A DNA stretch of 50,902 nucleotides. It comes from a bacterium (lineage in GTDB: Bacteria > Elusimicrobiota > Elusimicrobia > UBA1565 > UBA9628). Every line of letters starts with the position of its first letter. Position 1 is the stretch's first letter. The position numbers and the translations under genes were made by a program. The notes below the pieces were generated by a model. That model saw only the letters and a list, made by a program, of their open reading frames with translations, did no database searches and was not told where the DNA came from. The stretch is from NCBI GenBank assembly GCA_021810245.1, contig JAJZJF010000005.1, positions 1 to 50,902 on the forward strand. The letters are read 5' to 3'. This document shows, piece by piece, positions 9,592-19,474 of this stretch.

Positions 9592-11085
9592 TTATGCCCA
9601 ATAGGGAACATAATGAATATAGCGCGGAGACGCTCCCGGATTGGCGATCTTGATTAAATTAGCGTCGATCGCCTTGCGGATCAGCGCGGAAACCAGTTGC
9701 GACTGGTTTCCGGAGAGTTTTAGGCGAGCTCTTAATGAAGCATTGGTCACCTTTTGCCCCGCGACATAGTGCAGGCAAACATGCTGGTAAGCGGTCCTCA
9801 GTCTCTCCTCGTTGTCCATGGCTTTATAGGGCTTGGGCGCGTAAAGAATAGCGCGAAAATAATCGGGATTGTTGATGAAATGAACGGCCGGAAGGCCGTA
9901 GAGCTCAAGGGAAGATGCCGCTTTATCTATTCCGCTGCCCCGCTCCTCGCAAAAACCGAGTTCGCGCATGAGGGCGGCCAGGATCTCGTTGCGCGCTCGC
10001 GGCTGCTGATCGATGAGTCGGTCAACGGCCATGTCGGGCAACAAAGAGCCGGGATTGGTTATTTCGATTCTGTCATCGAATATTTCCACCTGGACGTAGC
10101 TGTCGGTGCGAGAGTAGTCTCGGTGGATGACGGCGTTGGCGATCAATTCGCGCAGGGCGATCTCCGGATAGACGGGGACTTGTCTGCGCGTGGCTTTTTC
10201 GATGACTTCGCTCTTGGGAAGAAGGCCCATAATGTCATCAATCAGCTGGTCCAAGGAATGGACGAAACCCTTAAAATAAAATTCATCGCGCTCGGCCTCC
10301 AATTTGGAATTCCCCCGGTATCTTGTCAGCCGAATTCCGTAATGTTCCGCTCCGGGCAATTTTCTGAAATCCTTGCCGGTAACGAGAACGCCAAGATAAG
10401 TTGGCGCGAGGCCTGTCGCGGTTTTTGCCGCGAATTTGCGATTGACCATGATTTCACCGCGCCGCTCGGGTTCGCCTGAAAATGGGATTTTAAGCCTTTG
10501 GCAGACCGCGGAGATCTCAAAGTCCTCTAAAATTGCCGCAGATTCCGTCGAATTGATGGTCAGCTCCTCGAACCGCAATGTCCGTGAGCGCAATAACGCC
10601 GCGCGGATTTCGCTTTCGTTCATTTTTCTGGTTTGTCCGGCGCTGCGGATAAATGAAACCTCCAGGCTTTTCCCGCGCAGGCGCACGGGCTTTTGCGTTG
10701 AGCCGGGGATGTGAATATAAAGCAGGACCTTGCCCGGCGTTTCGGTTTTCTCTATGAAATGGTCTATCGCGCAGGACGGTTCTAGTCCGTCCCTGGCGGC
10801 ATTGCCTATCTTCTCAATGATGTTTTTAACGGCCGATGAGTCAATCCCGGCTTTTTTGCCGTCATGCGTCACCCCGAAAACCAAAAAGCCGCCCTGGTCA
10901 AGGTTCGCAAAAGCCGACAGGTGCTCGGTAAAGCGCTCCTTGTTGGAACTCAACTCGCGCTTCCAATCCAGCTCATTGAGCTCATGGGGAACCGATAGAT
11001 CGAGGCTTCGGCGCAGTAAGTCTTGAGCGCGAGCGATCCAAGAATTGGATTCCATAATGATAGGATACTTTAATGACGCTGACAT
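9592..11085 (-). CDS. AlbA_2/Schlafen domain + HATPase_c_4 (RecG-C-like) + wHTH protein
   Basis: E...LDWK, SAFAN..GG.LVFGV, RELIANAVIHRDY, ITNPG, RN..LA, E.GSG; C-terminal wHTH. Confidence 0.88.
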   Translation of the reverse strand: MSASLKYPIIMESNSWIARAQDLLRRSLDLSVPHELNELDWKRELSSNKERFTEHLSAFANLDQGGFLVFGVTHDGKKAGIDSSAVKNIIEKIGNAARDGLEPSCAIDHFIEKTETPGKVLLYIHIPGSTQKPVRLRGKSLEVSFIRSAGQTRKMNESEIRAALLRSRTLRFEELTINSTESAAILEDFEISAVCQRLKIPFSGEPERRGEIMVNRKFAAKTATGLAPTYLGVLVTGKDFRKLPGAEHYGIRLTRYRGNSKLEAERDEFYFKGFVHSLDQLIDDIMGLLPKSEVIEKATRRQVPVYPEIALRELIANAVIHRDYSRTDSYVQVEIFDDRIEITNPGSLLPDMAVDRLIDQQPRARNEILAALMRELGFCEERGSGIDKAASSLELYGLPAVHFINNPDYFRAILYAPKPYKAMDNEERLRTAYQHVCLHYVAGQKVTNASLRARLKLSGNQSQLVSALIRKAIDANLIKIANPGASPRYIHYVPYWA

Positions 11086-11088
11086 GTC

Positions 11089-11164
11089 AATATGTAAACT
11101 ATATTTAAACTATATGTAATAATACGACGGGAAAAGCCCTCTTGGCGGCTAGAACTATATGTAA
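11089..11164. promoter_or_regulatory. Direct-repeat operator candidates upstream of the AlbA gene
   Basis: AACTATATTTAA (11097), AACTATATGTAA (11108, 11153), partial copy at 11089. Confidence 0.55.
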
Positions 11165-11354
11165 GACCCACGAGAATTTGCCGTTGAAATGAACTCCGCA
11201 TTCAACATGTGGAAATGGGGGCTGTCCCTATTTCCCTCGTCAAGCGCAGTTCAAAAGCCCGCGAGTTCATTGAAATCTCAAAGACCTCCCTTGTCAATCT
11301 TCGACATTCTCTGCGCCTCCAAATTGCGAAGTCCGACTGCGTTAAACCGAATGA

Positions 11355-11699
11355 TCAAGAGCGATTTTTTCCAATAATGGCACCCACAATAAATCCTGCT
11401 AGAGCGCTACCCATTGCCCCCCAGGACAACACACCTACCGGCCAATAATAATGCCCAAAAACCTCTACTAAAGTGATACTAATTAGCCCAATAACAAACC
11501 CGATAGCTAAGCCTATGACACCCCCAATTTGCATACTATTGGAATTTTCATTTGGCCGCCCAGATTTATTCCATTTCGCCGTTAAAAATGGAAGCATGCT
11601 GATATAAATAATAAGGGATGTAATTATCGTAGCCCAAGTTATGATAATTCCAAAATGAAATTTCCGACAAATAGGGATGTCGAGCATAATTAGAATGGG
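11355..11699 (-). pseudogene. Membrane protein 3' remnant truncated by the IS
   Basis: About three hydrophobic Gly-rich segments, low GC; frame stays open upstream of ATG 11687 up to the IS end at 11700. Confidence 0.55.
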
Positions 11700-11716
11700 T
11701 GACGTTCCCCCAATTT

Positions 11717-12562
11717 TTAGGCCACGGTGAATTGGTTATTTTTGAGGTTAATATTATTTAGCATTGTCGAGTGTTGTTGAGCAAACTCTCTAGGCGTTAA
11801 GCCGTTAAGCGATCCGTGCGGCCGTTGTTCGTTGTAATCTTTTCTCCAAGCCTCTATAATCGTTTGAGCCTCGATCAGCGTTAAGAACTGATTGTCGTTG
11901 AGACACTCCTCTCTCAACCGCCCATTGAAGCTCTCAATGAAGGCGTTTTCCGTAGGCTTTCCAGGATTAATAAAGTCGAGCTTAATGCCGCGCTCATAGG
12001 CCCAAGCATCCATCGCATTGCCCGCAAACTCCGGGCCGTTATCAACCCTGATGCTTTCCACTTTCCCGCGCACTTCAAGCAGACGATCCAACACTTCAGA
12101 GACTTCCTTGCCCGTCATCCCCAACCCTACCTCTATCGCCAAACACTCCCGCGTGAATTGATCCACAATCGTCAACATCTTAAGCTTCCTCCCATTTCTC
12201 AACCAATCTGAAACAAAGTCCATGGACCAAGCTTGGTCCGGCCCCGTTGGCTTGGGCAGCGGCAACCGCGTCGCCGACGCCCTCTTCTTGCGCCTTTTAA
12301 GCCGTAAAGACAGCCCTTCCTCGTTGTAGATGCGTTCCACGCGCTTATGATTAACCTCCCACCCCTCTCGTTTGAGCATCCGCCATATCCGTGGCATCCC
12401 AAAACGCCGACGCCGAAGCGCAATCTCTCGGATTTTTTCCCGCAGAGACGCATTTTCAGGACTCTCAGGCACGGATTCATACTGCCAACTCGCTCGGCTC
12501 AGCCTCGTCAAGCGACAGGCCCGCCGTTCAGAGAGGCCCAAGGCTTTAACCGCGTGTTCCAC
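11717..12562 (-). CDS. IS3 transposase OrfB (DDE)
   Basis: WSMDF, VDNGPEF, PGKP.ENAFIESFNGRLREECLN, YN..RPH.SL. Confidence 0.95.
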   Translation of the reverse strand: MEHAVKALGLSERRACRLTRLSRASWQYESVPESPENASLREKIREIALRRRRFGMPRIWRMLKREGWEVNHKRVERIYNEEGLSLRLKRRKKRASATRLPLPKPTGPDQAWSMDFVSDWLRNGRKLKMLTIVDQFTRECLAIEVGLGMTGKEVSEVLDRLLEVRGKVESIRVDNGPEFAGNAMDAWAYERGIKLDFINPGKPTENAFIESFNGRLREECLNDNQFLTLIEAQTIIEAWRKDYNEQRPHGSLNGLTPREFAQQHSTMLNNINLKNNQFTVA

Positions 12563-12585
12563 CGCTTCGCGTTTGGCCTTGGGCC

Positions 12586-12852
12586 TTACCAGTTTTTTGA
12601 GAGAAGCTCCTTGGCCGCGTCTAAATCCATCGTCAGCTCCCCAACCTTCCGCTTGAGCTTAAGATTCTCCTCTTCTAAACTTCGCAGTTTCCTGATGTCT
12701 GGAACTGTCATCCCAGCAAACTTCCTCCTCCAAGCGTAAAATGTATTGGGACTCACCCCATATTTCCGGCAGAGTTCTTCTGTCTTGGCTCCCGCCTCAG
12801 ATTCCTTCAGAATCATTACGATCTGTTCTTCCCTATATTTTCTTCTCGCCAT
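12586..12852 (-). CDS. IS3 transposase OrfA (HTH) with -1 frameshift site
   Basis: EEQIV.IL...ELCRKYGVS..TFY.W; A-AAA-AAC slippery heptamer at 12592-12598 just before the stop. Confidence 0.93.
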   Translation of the reverse strand: MARRKYREEQIVMILKESEAGAKTEELCRKYGVSPNTFYAWRRKFAGMTVPDIRKLRSLEEENLKLKRKVGELTMDLDAAKELLSKNW

Positions 12853-12947
12853 TTTTGGCCTCCTTGGTCTATCTTACCATCAGATAACCAATTCCTCCTG
12901 GCCTAGTTTTCGGGGGGAACGTCAGGCAAACTCTCTAGGCGTCCGCG

Positions 12948-13685
12948 TTAAGCGCCGAACATTCCCTCTAGGGGACCGCCGTTTAATTTCAGCCAGTGAC
13001 GCCGCTTCTCATAGTCCGGGAGCACCGACTTTACGATGCGCCAAAACCGAGGAGAATGATCGCGCGTCCTAAGGTGGCACAGCTCATGCACAACGATATA
13101 CTCCAGAACCGGAATCGGCATCATGGCGAGCCGCCAATTGCAGCGAATATCTCCATTTCTCGAGCAACTGGCCCATCTCTTTTCTTGCTCGACGACTTTG
13201 AGAGTCTTGGGCGCGACAGAAAGAGCCCGGGCGTGCTTAGAAACGACAGATCGCACTTTTTTCTCGGTCAAATTGGAATACCAGTCTTTGAGAGAACTCT
13301 GGATATCGCGCTCAAGTTCTTCTCCCGCATGACCGTTGACGAGCAATTGGAGGCTGCGACCTGACGGCTGGCAAACCGGCTGGGATAATCCCGGACGGCG
13401 TTCAATCTTAAGCCGGTAATTTCGTCCCAACGCCGAGAACGTTTCCCCATTTTTAAATTCCTTGGGCGGAAATTTCCTCGCCAGGTCGGCGAAGTAAGTC
13501 TGCCGATCCAAAAGCCAATCCGCTCTTTTGCCGACAAATTGGCGCAGTTGAGTTGCTTTGACGGACTTGGGCGCGCGAACGTCGATATCGCCGTTTCGGT
13601 GAACTTTGAGGGCTATCGTCTTTCGCCGCGCGGTTAAATGGATCTCGTATTTGAGCTTCCGGCCTTTGTGACAGATCGTGGGCAT
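12948..13685 (-). CDS. M48/YgjP (DUF45) metallopeptidase-like protein associated with type I R-M
   Basis: RWASCS, EYIVVHELCHL...HS..FW; directly downstream of hsdR. Confidence 0.9.
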   Translation of the reverse strand: MPTICHKGRKLKYEIHLTARRKTIALKVHRNGDIDVRAPKSVKATQLRQFVGKRADWLLDRQTYFADLARKFPPKEFKNGETFSALGRNYRLKIERRPGLSQPVCQPSGRSLQLLVNGHAGEELERDIQSSLKDWYSNLTEKKVRSVVSKHARALSVAPKTLKVVEQEKRWASCSRNGDIRCNWRLAMMPIPVLEYIVVHELCHLRTRDHSPRFWRIVKSVLPDYEKRRHWLKLNGGPLEGMFGA

Positions 13686-13686
13686 T

Positions 13687-16600
13687 TTACCTTTTCACCC
13701 ATTGCTGGGCCAGCTCAATCATCTCCCGCGCCAAAGAAGGAAGCTCTTCTTCGTCACAGCCCTTTGTCCGAAGCAGGCGCTTGATCTCGCGCCGCATTTC
13801 CTTTTGAACGTCTTCTCGTTCCGTCCACTCGGCGACGGCCAGATTCTCGACGATCCGGATGATGTCCTTGGCGAGAGCCGCGCGGTCTTCTTTATTTTTG
13901 AGAGGAATTTTTTTTGCATGGCCGTTAATGAGGCCAAAAAAAGCGAATTCTTTTCCGCCATCAAGTCCGAGTTCGCGAGCGGCCTCATCTTTTTGGGATT
14001 CGTCTTCCTTGATCTTCATGAGAGACAAGAGAAGTTCGGCCTCGTCTTTGCGCTCGCGTTTCTGATCCGCGATGACATCTTCAAGGCGTTTTTGAAGCGT
14101 CCCATAAAACGCCGGATCTTGGGGAGCCTTCGCGCTCAGAGTGTCGCGAATGGCGTATTCAAGATGCACGGCTTGGGCTTTCGCGCCGCCCTTATCTCGC
14201 ATCACGCTGGCAAAATCCGGCGCGCTGATCGTCAACGGCTCAAGCAAACGCTCGATTCCCTCGGCGGCGATATGAGCGTGAATCAGGGCCTCGACTTTCG
14301 CGCTCAAATCCTCGGTCTTAAGGCGTTCGTCGCGATAAAGATTTTTCGCCCCTTCTCGGACGGCGCCCAAGAATTTAAAATCTTTTAAGTAGGGCTCAAG
14401 GCGCAGGTCCGGCATGAGAAAATCCACGCTCTTGGCGAAGGCGCGATAAGCCTTGTCGAATTCTCCGCGAACAGTTTCGCTCTTTAAAGCTTCAAGGCAA
14501 TTCTGGAGTATCGTTTTGGGTTCGCCGTTAAGCGAAATGCCGGCGAAAAACCCCATTGATTCTTTGCGGTAATCGGCCAAGGCCTTGAGTTCTCTCTCCA
14601 CGTCATCGGCGCGGAAAAGCCCTTCCAGGTCTTCCGCGCTAAATTCTTCATGCGCCCTCGCCAACTCCTTGCCGATCCCCGCGTAATCCACAATCAGGCC
14701 AAAATTTTTCCTGGGATAGGTGCGGTTTGTCCGCGCCACCGCCTGAAGGAGGGTATGCTCTCTCAGGCGCTTGTCCAGATACATCGCCTGAAGAATCGGC
14801 GCGTCAAAGCCGGTCAAAAGCTTGTCGCAGACGATAAGAAAACTGAGTTCACTCTTCGGATCAAGGAAGCGCTCTTTAACGCGGTCTTCCGCCTCGTCGC
14901 TCAGGCGGTAATGATCCTGCCAATCCTGCGGGTCATCTCTTTCTATCGTCATGACGATTTCGGAGCGCTCGGGAGAAATGAGCCGGTCCAAAGCCTTTTT
15001 ATAGAGATCGGCGGTCTGCCGAGTCTCGGCCACGATCATCGCCTTAAATCCATTGGGCTTGATCGCCTGCTGATAGTGTTCGACAATGTCCAAGGCGACG
15101 CGATCGATTCTCCGCGGGGCCGCAGCCAAGACATCCGGAGTCGCATACTCGCGCTTGATATCCGCGATTTCCTTTTTCTTTTTATCCGGAAAAAGTCCCG
15201 CCAAAAGCGAATCCAAGGAAGCGCCGACCACTTGAAGATCCGCCAAGCGGCTCATGTATTTGATCGGAACGACGGCTTTATCCTTCTCGGCCTGCGCGAT
15301 GCCGTACTTGTGGAGGTATCTCTCGCCCTCAGGACTAAAGAGGCGGTAGGTGTTGCGATTTTTCTTATCAAGCGGCGTCCCGGTGAAGGCGAAGAAAGCC
15401 GCGTTCGGAAGGGCTTTGCGCAAGTTAAAAGCGAGATTCCCGTATTGAGTCCGGTGCGCTTCGTCCGTGAGCACGATGATATTGTCGGAGGTGGAAAGAG
15501 CCTTCTCGGGCATTGTTCGGAATTTCTGTATCGTCGTCATGATGGTCCGGCCGACTCCTTCTGAGAGCATCCGGTAGAGATCGCGAGAGCTCTCCGCGCG
15601 GATGGGGTTGGGAAAGCCGCAATCCCGAAAATTGTCGGAAATCTGCTTGTCGAGGTCCCGCCGATCGGTGACGATCAGAAAATAAGGGTTTTTAAGCCGC
15701 GCTTCCTCGCGGCGGAGTTTGAGCGCGGCAAAAAGCATGGTCAGAGACTTTCCCGAACCCTGCCAATGCCAGACGATGCCTTTCTTGTCTTTTTCTTCAA
15801 GAACCCGGCGGGAGATTTTTTGCACCGCCGTGAACTGCTGGTAACGGCAAATCTTCTTGACGATTTTATTTTCATCCGCTTCAAAAACGATGAAATCGCG
15901 GACAATGTCCAAGAGATTTTTTTTATTGAGCAAAGCCGCGATGAGAACGTCTTGGGCGGCCGGCGTTGCGGAAAGATCGCCTTTTTTAATCAACTTAAGA
16001 GCCAGCATTTCTTTGACGGAAGCGTGATCGGCCAGATTCGGAATCTTTTCATCCGGTTTTTCCCGCCATTCATGGAAATGATCAAGGTCCGCGCCGACAA
16101 CCCCGTATTTCGCCCCAAAGAGATTTACGCCGATGAGTATTTGATTGGAGCGGAAAAGAGCCGGAATTTCCCGCTGGTAGCGCAAGAGTTGTTCCACGGC
16201 GTCGACAATCCCCGTTTCTTTCGCGACCGGGCTTTTGCACTCGATGACGGCCAGGGGAATGCCGTTGACGAAAATGACGATATCCGGCCTGTCGGTCAGC
16301 TTTGGACCCTTGACCCAAAATTGATTGGCGACCAGAAAATCATTTTTCTCCGGGTTCTCAAAATCAATGTATCGAATCGTCAGCCCGCGCCGTCCCCTGC
16401 CCGTTTCCTGATCGATGCTGATGCCCGAGACAAGCGCCGCATGAAATAGTTTATTTTCATCCAAAAGCCCCGAGCCTTGAACGCTCGCGACTTTCCGAAG
16501 GGCCTTATCGATCGTAGACTCCGTCGCTTCGGGGTTTAGCTCCGCCAATTTCGCGCGCAAGCGGCCGCTCAGCACGACCTCGCGCCGGGAACCGCGTTCG

Positions 16601-16719
16601 GAATTCTCGCTCTCCTGCGGATCCAGCTTCTCGCCGGGGATAAATTCATAGCCCATTCTCGCAAGTTGCTCAATGGCCGGTTTTTCGGAAAGGGTGTCTT
16701 CGTTAAGCTTAGGGTTCAC
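13687..16719 (-). CDS. hsdR: Type I restriction endonuclease subunit R
   Basis: RPD...FVNGIPL..IECK nuclease, WHWQGSGKS Walker A, DEAHR, FTGTP, LTGFDAP, QAVARTNR; likely GTG start at 16719 overlapping the upstream stop. Confidence 0.97.
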   Translation of the reverse strand: MNPKLNEDTLSEKPAIEQLARMGYEFIPGEKLDPQESENSERGSRREVVLSGRLRAKLAELNPEATESTIDKALRKVASVQGSGLLDENKLFHAALVSGISIDQETGRGRRGLTIRYIDFENPEKNDFLVANQFWVKGPKLTDRPDIVIFVNGIPLAVIECKSPVAKETGIVDAVEQLLRYQREIPALFRSNQILIGVNLFGAKYGVVGADLDHFHEWREKPDEKIPNLADHASVKEMLALKLIKKGDLSATPAAQDVLIAALLNKKNLLDIVRDFIVFEADENKIVKKICRYQQFTAVQKISRRVLEEKDKKGIVWHWQGSGKSLTMLFAALKLRREEARLKNPYFLIVTDRRDLDKQISDNFRDCGFPNPIRAESSRDLYRMLSEGVGRTIMTTIQKFRTMPEKALSTSDNIIVLTDEAHRTQYGNLAFNLRKALPNAAFFAFTGTPLDKKNRNTYRLFSPEGERYLHKYGIAQAEKDKAVVPIKYMSRLADLQVVGASLDSLLAGLFPDKKKKEIADIKREYATPDVLAAAPRRIDRVALDIVEHYQQAIKPNGFKAMIVAETRQTADLYKKALDRLISPERSEIVMTIERDDPQDWQDHYRLSDEAEDRVKERFLDPKSELSFLIVCDKLLTGFDAPILQAMYLDKRLREHTLLQAVARTNRTYPRKNFGLIVDYAGIGKELARAHEEFSAEDLEGLFRADDVERELKALADYRKESMGFFAGISLNGEPKTILQNCLEALKSETVRGEFDKAYRAFAKSVDFLMPDLRLEPYLKDFKFLGAVREGAKNLYRDERLKTEDLSAKVEALIHAHIAAEGIERLLEPLTISAPDFASVMRDKGGAKAQAVHLEYAIRDTLSAKAPQDPAFYGTLQKRLEDVIADQKRERKDEAELLLSLMKIKEDESQKDEAARELGLDGGKEFAFFGLINGHAKKIPLKNKEDRAALAKDIIRIVENLAVAEWTEREDVQKEMRREIKRLLRTKGCDEEELPSLAREMIELAQQWVKR

Positions 16720-18566
16720 GTTAGCACGCCTTGTTGTTTGAATTGTTCTTGAAGCTTTTCCAGACACTCCTTAGGAAATTCCTTTGAATTATTCTTTTGG
16801 AGAACAGTATTTAGATAATATCTGAGCGCACACACTGCGGCATCTTCCAGTTTTTTAGTCCATATATTAAGGGCGCGCCTTTCCCATCTTGGATATTTCC
16901 CATGATGAACACTGCCATTGTTTCGGATTTCCCAAAACTTCTTCGTATCTTTTTTAAATAGCTCTAACCTTTTTTTCTGAAATTGCGCGTATTCAGGAGT
17001 CCCCATAACGGGCGAATTTCTAGGAACATAAATTAGTTGATACAGGGGTAAATCTTTTTCAGGATTATTTGAATGCTGGAGAAACAAATCAACCAGCAAC
17101 CAGAGCCCCGTAAATCGGGACTGATTATCCTCCGCAGTTTTTGCGCCGCGATAAAGGCGCAATGCTTCAAGCACGCACGCCGCAAGTTGATTTTTTTTAG
17201 AGAGTTCAATAAGTTTCGCGGACCACTCCCCAACTTGAGCCAACGCCTCGTGAGCGAGAGCCTGAGAGGGATATCCCGCTCTTCTTCCATCGCTGGTCCA
17301 ATTCCAATACACCGTTTTTTCTTTCCTGCAAAAAGCAGTTTGCAATGCTTTGACGTCAGGATTTTCCCGTAAAGTTAAGGCTAAACCATTTAGGAACACA
17401 TTAAGTTTTTCATAGGCGACAGCCCTCGCACTTCTCGGCCCATGTGCCTGAATATCCGTGAAGAAAAAATATTGGGGAAACTCCTTATTGTCTGGAATTT
17501 TGGAGGGATCCGGATTTTTAGATTCAATTTTTAGAGAAAGTTCTGGAAGGTCAATAGGAGTATTGAATCTTGACCGCATCGGGATAACCACGGACCACAT
17601 CGCCGGGGTTGAGGCTAAAGCATTTCCAAACTCTTGTTCACATCGAGTTGGCCCACTGCCATCGCGGAAGAAACTTTCAATCCAATTCTCATGCTCCTCA
17701 AATGACTTGCCCGCAGTAGCTGGATTATTATCGAATAATGCGTTCATTGCGTTGCCAAGAGCATAAGACGCAAAGAACCGCGTGAGGCCCCCCACTTTTT
17801 TTTCGTCTTCGTCAAACTCTCGCAAACATTTTTTGGCAATTTCATTAAAATCAGACAAGCTTTCCACGGTTTTTTTGTCGCTATAGAATTTATTCCAAGC
17901 GTTTTGTGCGGCTTTAATATCCTCTTCGGATGGTAGCGCTCCATAGACTTCCGCGAAATTGCCCTTAATACCTCTGAAGAGATGAGCGATAGCTCTGATA
18001 CTAAGCAATACCGACTCATCCTTTAAGAAGCAAGTTCTCGCCAAGTAAAGAAGAAATTCAATCCAAATGCGCTCTTCTAAAGCATTGAACTGCGTGTTCC
18101 AAAACTCTTCCGGGTAAATCTCCTCTGGCAGGTTGTGCGGTGGAGTTTCCCCTCCGGAGAATAAGTCTTCCCGAACATCGCGCAATGGCCCAAAAAGCTG
18201 GGAATTGTCTATATTCTCATCAAGCACCGGCTCAACAGGGGACAAGCCCATCGGCATGGGAGTGGTATAGACGGCTTGGGTCAATCGGTATGCCACCTCC
18301 ATGGCCAATTCATTCAGGATATTATCAGTAGGAAGAGGAGTAAACGCGAGAATGGAGCGTCGATCCTCTGACAAAGTGAGCGCCATAAAAGCCTTTGCGT
18401 ACGCATCTGGATCGCCATAATATTTTGAATCCAATTTTTCTCCAAGAATGTTACGCGTCTGAACAAAAAACCTCAACCATAAGCGCTGCTGGAGCTTAAG
18501 CTGGAGCAATGATGATGAGCTGAAACTTCTTTTTGGCGTGGCGGGCATGATTAAACCATTGAGCAT
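16716..18566 (-). CDS. Hypothetical protein with C-terminal ApeA-like HEPN domain candidate
   Basis: 'ALRLYRGA...SRFTGLWLLVDLF' helix pattern followed by 'IRNNGSVHHG' (R-x5-H); start may be ATG 18548. Confidence 0.55.
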   Translation of the reverse strand: MLNGLIMPATPKRSFSSSSLLQLKLQQRLWLRFFVQTRNILGEKLDSKYYGDPDAYAKAFMALTLSEDRRSILAFTPLPTDNILNELAMEVAYRLTQAVYTTPMPMGLSPVEPVLDENIDNSQLFGPLRDVREDLFSGGETPPHNLPEEIYPEEFWNTQFNALEERIWIEFLLYLARTCFLKDESVLLSIRAIAHLFRGIKGNFAEVYGALPSEEDIKAAQNAWNKFYSDKKTVESLSDFNEIAKKCLREFDEDEKKVGGLTRFFASYALGNAMNALFDNNPATAGKSFEEHENWIESFFRDGSGPTRCEQEFGNALASTPAMWSVVIPMRSRFNTPIDLPELSLKIESKNPDPSKIPDNKEFPQYFFFTDIQAHGPRSARAVAYEKLNVFLNGLALTLRENPDVKALQTAFCRKEKTVYWNWTSDGRRAGYPSQALAHEALAQVGEWSAKLIELSKKNQLAACVLEALRLYRGAKTAEDNQSRFTGLWLLVDLFLQHSNNPEKDLPLYQLIYVPRNSPVMGTPEYAQFQKKRLELFKKDTKKFWEIRNNGSVHHGKYPRWERRALNIWTKKLEDAAVCALRYYLNTVLQKNNSKEFPKECLEKLQEQFKQQGVLT

Positions 18567-19471
18567 CTTCTGGGAGACGGTTTTTTTGCCAAGGCGAAAC
18601 GAACGTCTTTGATCAGTTTCTCGGCCTCAGCTTCCAAGTTTTTAAATAGAATCTTGATTCCATCGACCCCGGATGAATCTTTGGCGATTTGGTCGACGAT
18701 ATCAATAATTTTTTTTGAGTCTTTAGGCCCCCCGCATCGAATAACAGCCTTTTGCCTGCGCGAAGTCTTAATTTCCATTACGCGAGCGCCGCCAGAAATT
18801 GTCACTCCATCAAATGAAGAGAGCGACTCGTTTGTTATTCCCATCTGGCGATGAAACACGAGCAAGGCAAGCTCTGGATAATTTGCCCAGAGATCGGGTT
18901 CTGGTCCAAGACATCCTGCTAATCCCGCTTTGAGTCCAATAGCTTCCTGGAGTTTTGGAATAAAAGATTCCGCAACCTGTTGGGCTTTGTGCGCCGCCGA
19001 TTCGTATCCATCACGAAACCCTTGCCAACGCTGGAGCAGATCAGGATAATGCCTTTTTAGGGCATCGTCAAAATAGCGCAGGAATCCTTCAGTTTTAGGC
19101 CAGGGAGGCAACGTGTAAGTTAAATTTCCTTTCCAGTTTAGGATACCCAGCGCCTTAATTGTGATGGCGTGCTCCGTCTGAACATATGGATTTTCCGCAA
19201 CAGAGCCCACCTCCTTGCGATGGATTTGTTTCGCACTCACTTCCAATGGCGACATCTCCATTTGGCAAACCGGCAGATAAAACCCGTTGAGGTGATTGTA
19301 AATAGGCGCGAGGATTTCATTTTGAATCTCTTTCGCATGTTCCTCGCGCAGACGCAGGTTGCGCTTAAAATGTTCCTTGCCAATATCCATTAAAAATCCG
19401 ACACCCCAGCCTAAAATAGCCGCAACTCCCGCAGTCCAGTGCTCCTTGATGAAGCTAAATCCTAAATTCAT
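18551..19471 (-). CDS. Hypothetical protein with N-terminal membrane anchor
   Basis: 306 aa; WTAGVAAILGWGVGFLM segment; tightly packed between hsdS and the HEPN-like gene. Confidence 0.75.
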   Translation of the reverse strand: MNLGFSFIKEHWTAGVAAILGWGVGFLMDIGKEHFKRNLRLREEHAKEIQNEILAPIYNHLNGFYLPVCQMEMSPLEVSAKQIHRKEVGSVAENPYVQTEHAITIKALGILNWKGNLTYTLPPWPKTEGFLRYFDDALKRHYPDLLQRWQGFRDGYESAAHKAQQVAESFIPKLQEAIGLKAGLAGCLGPEPDLWANYPELALLVFHRQMGITNESLSSFDGVTISGGARVMEIKTSRRQKAVIRCGGPKDSKKIIDIVDQIAKDSSGVDGIKILFKNLEAEAEKLIKDVRFALAKKPSPRRCSMV

Positions 19472-19474
19472 TGT

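Larger units (their letters stand above)
11700..12924 (-). mobile_element. IS3-family element (IS407-like), 1225 bp
   Basis: Imperfect terminal IRs TGACGTTCCCCC..TAGGCCA (11700-11724, 12899-12924), 5'-TG..CA-3' ends, orfA/orfB. Confidence 0.95.

Noticed and set aside
13678-16449. Several 200-300 aa plus-strand ORFs
   Set aside because: Antisense shadows of hsdR with no recognisable motifs
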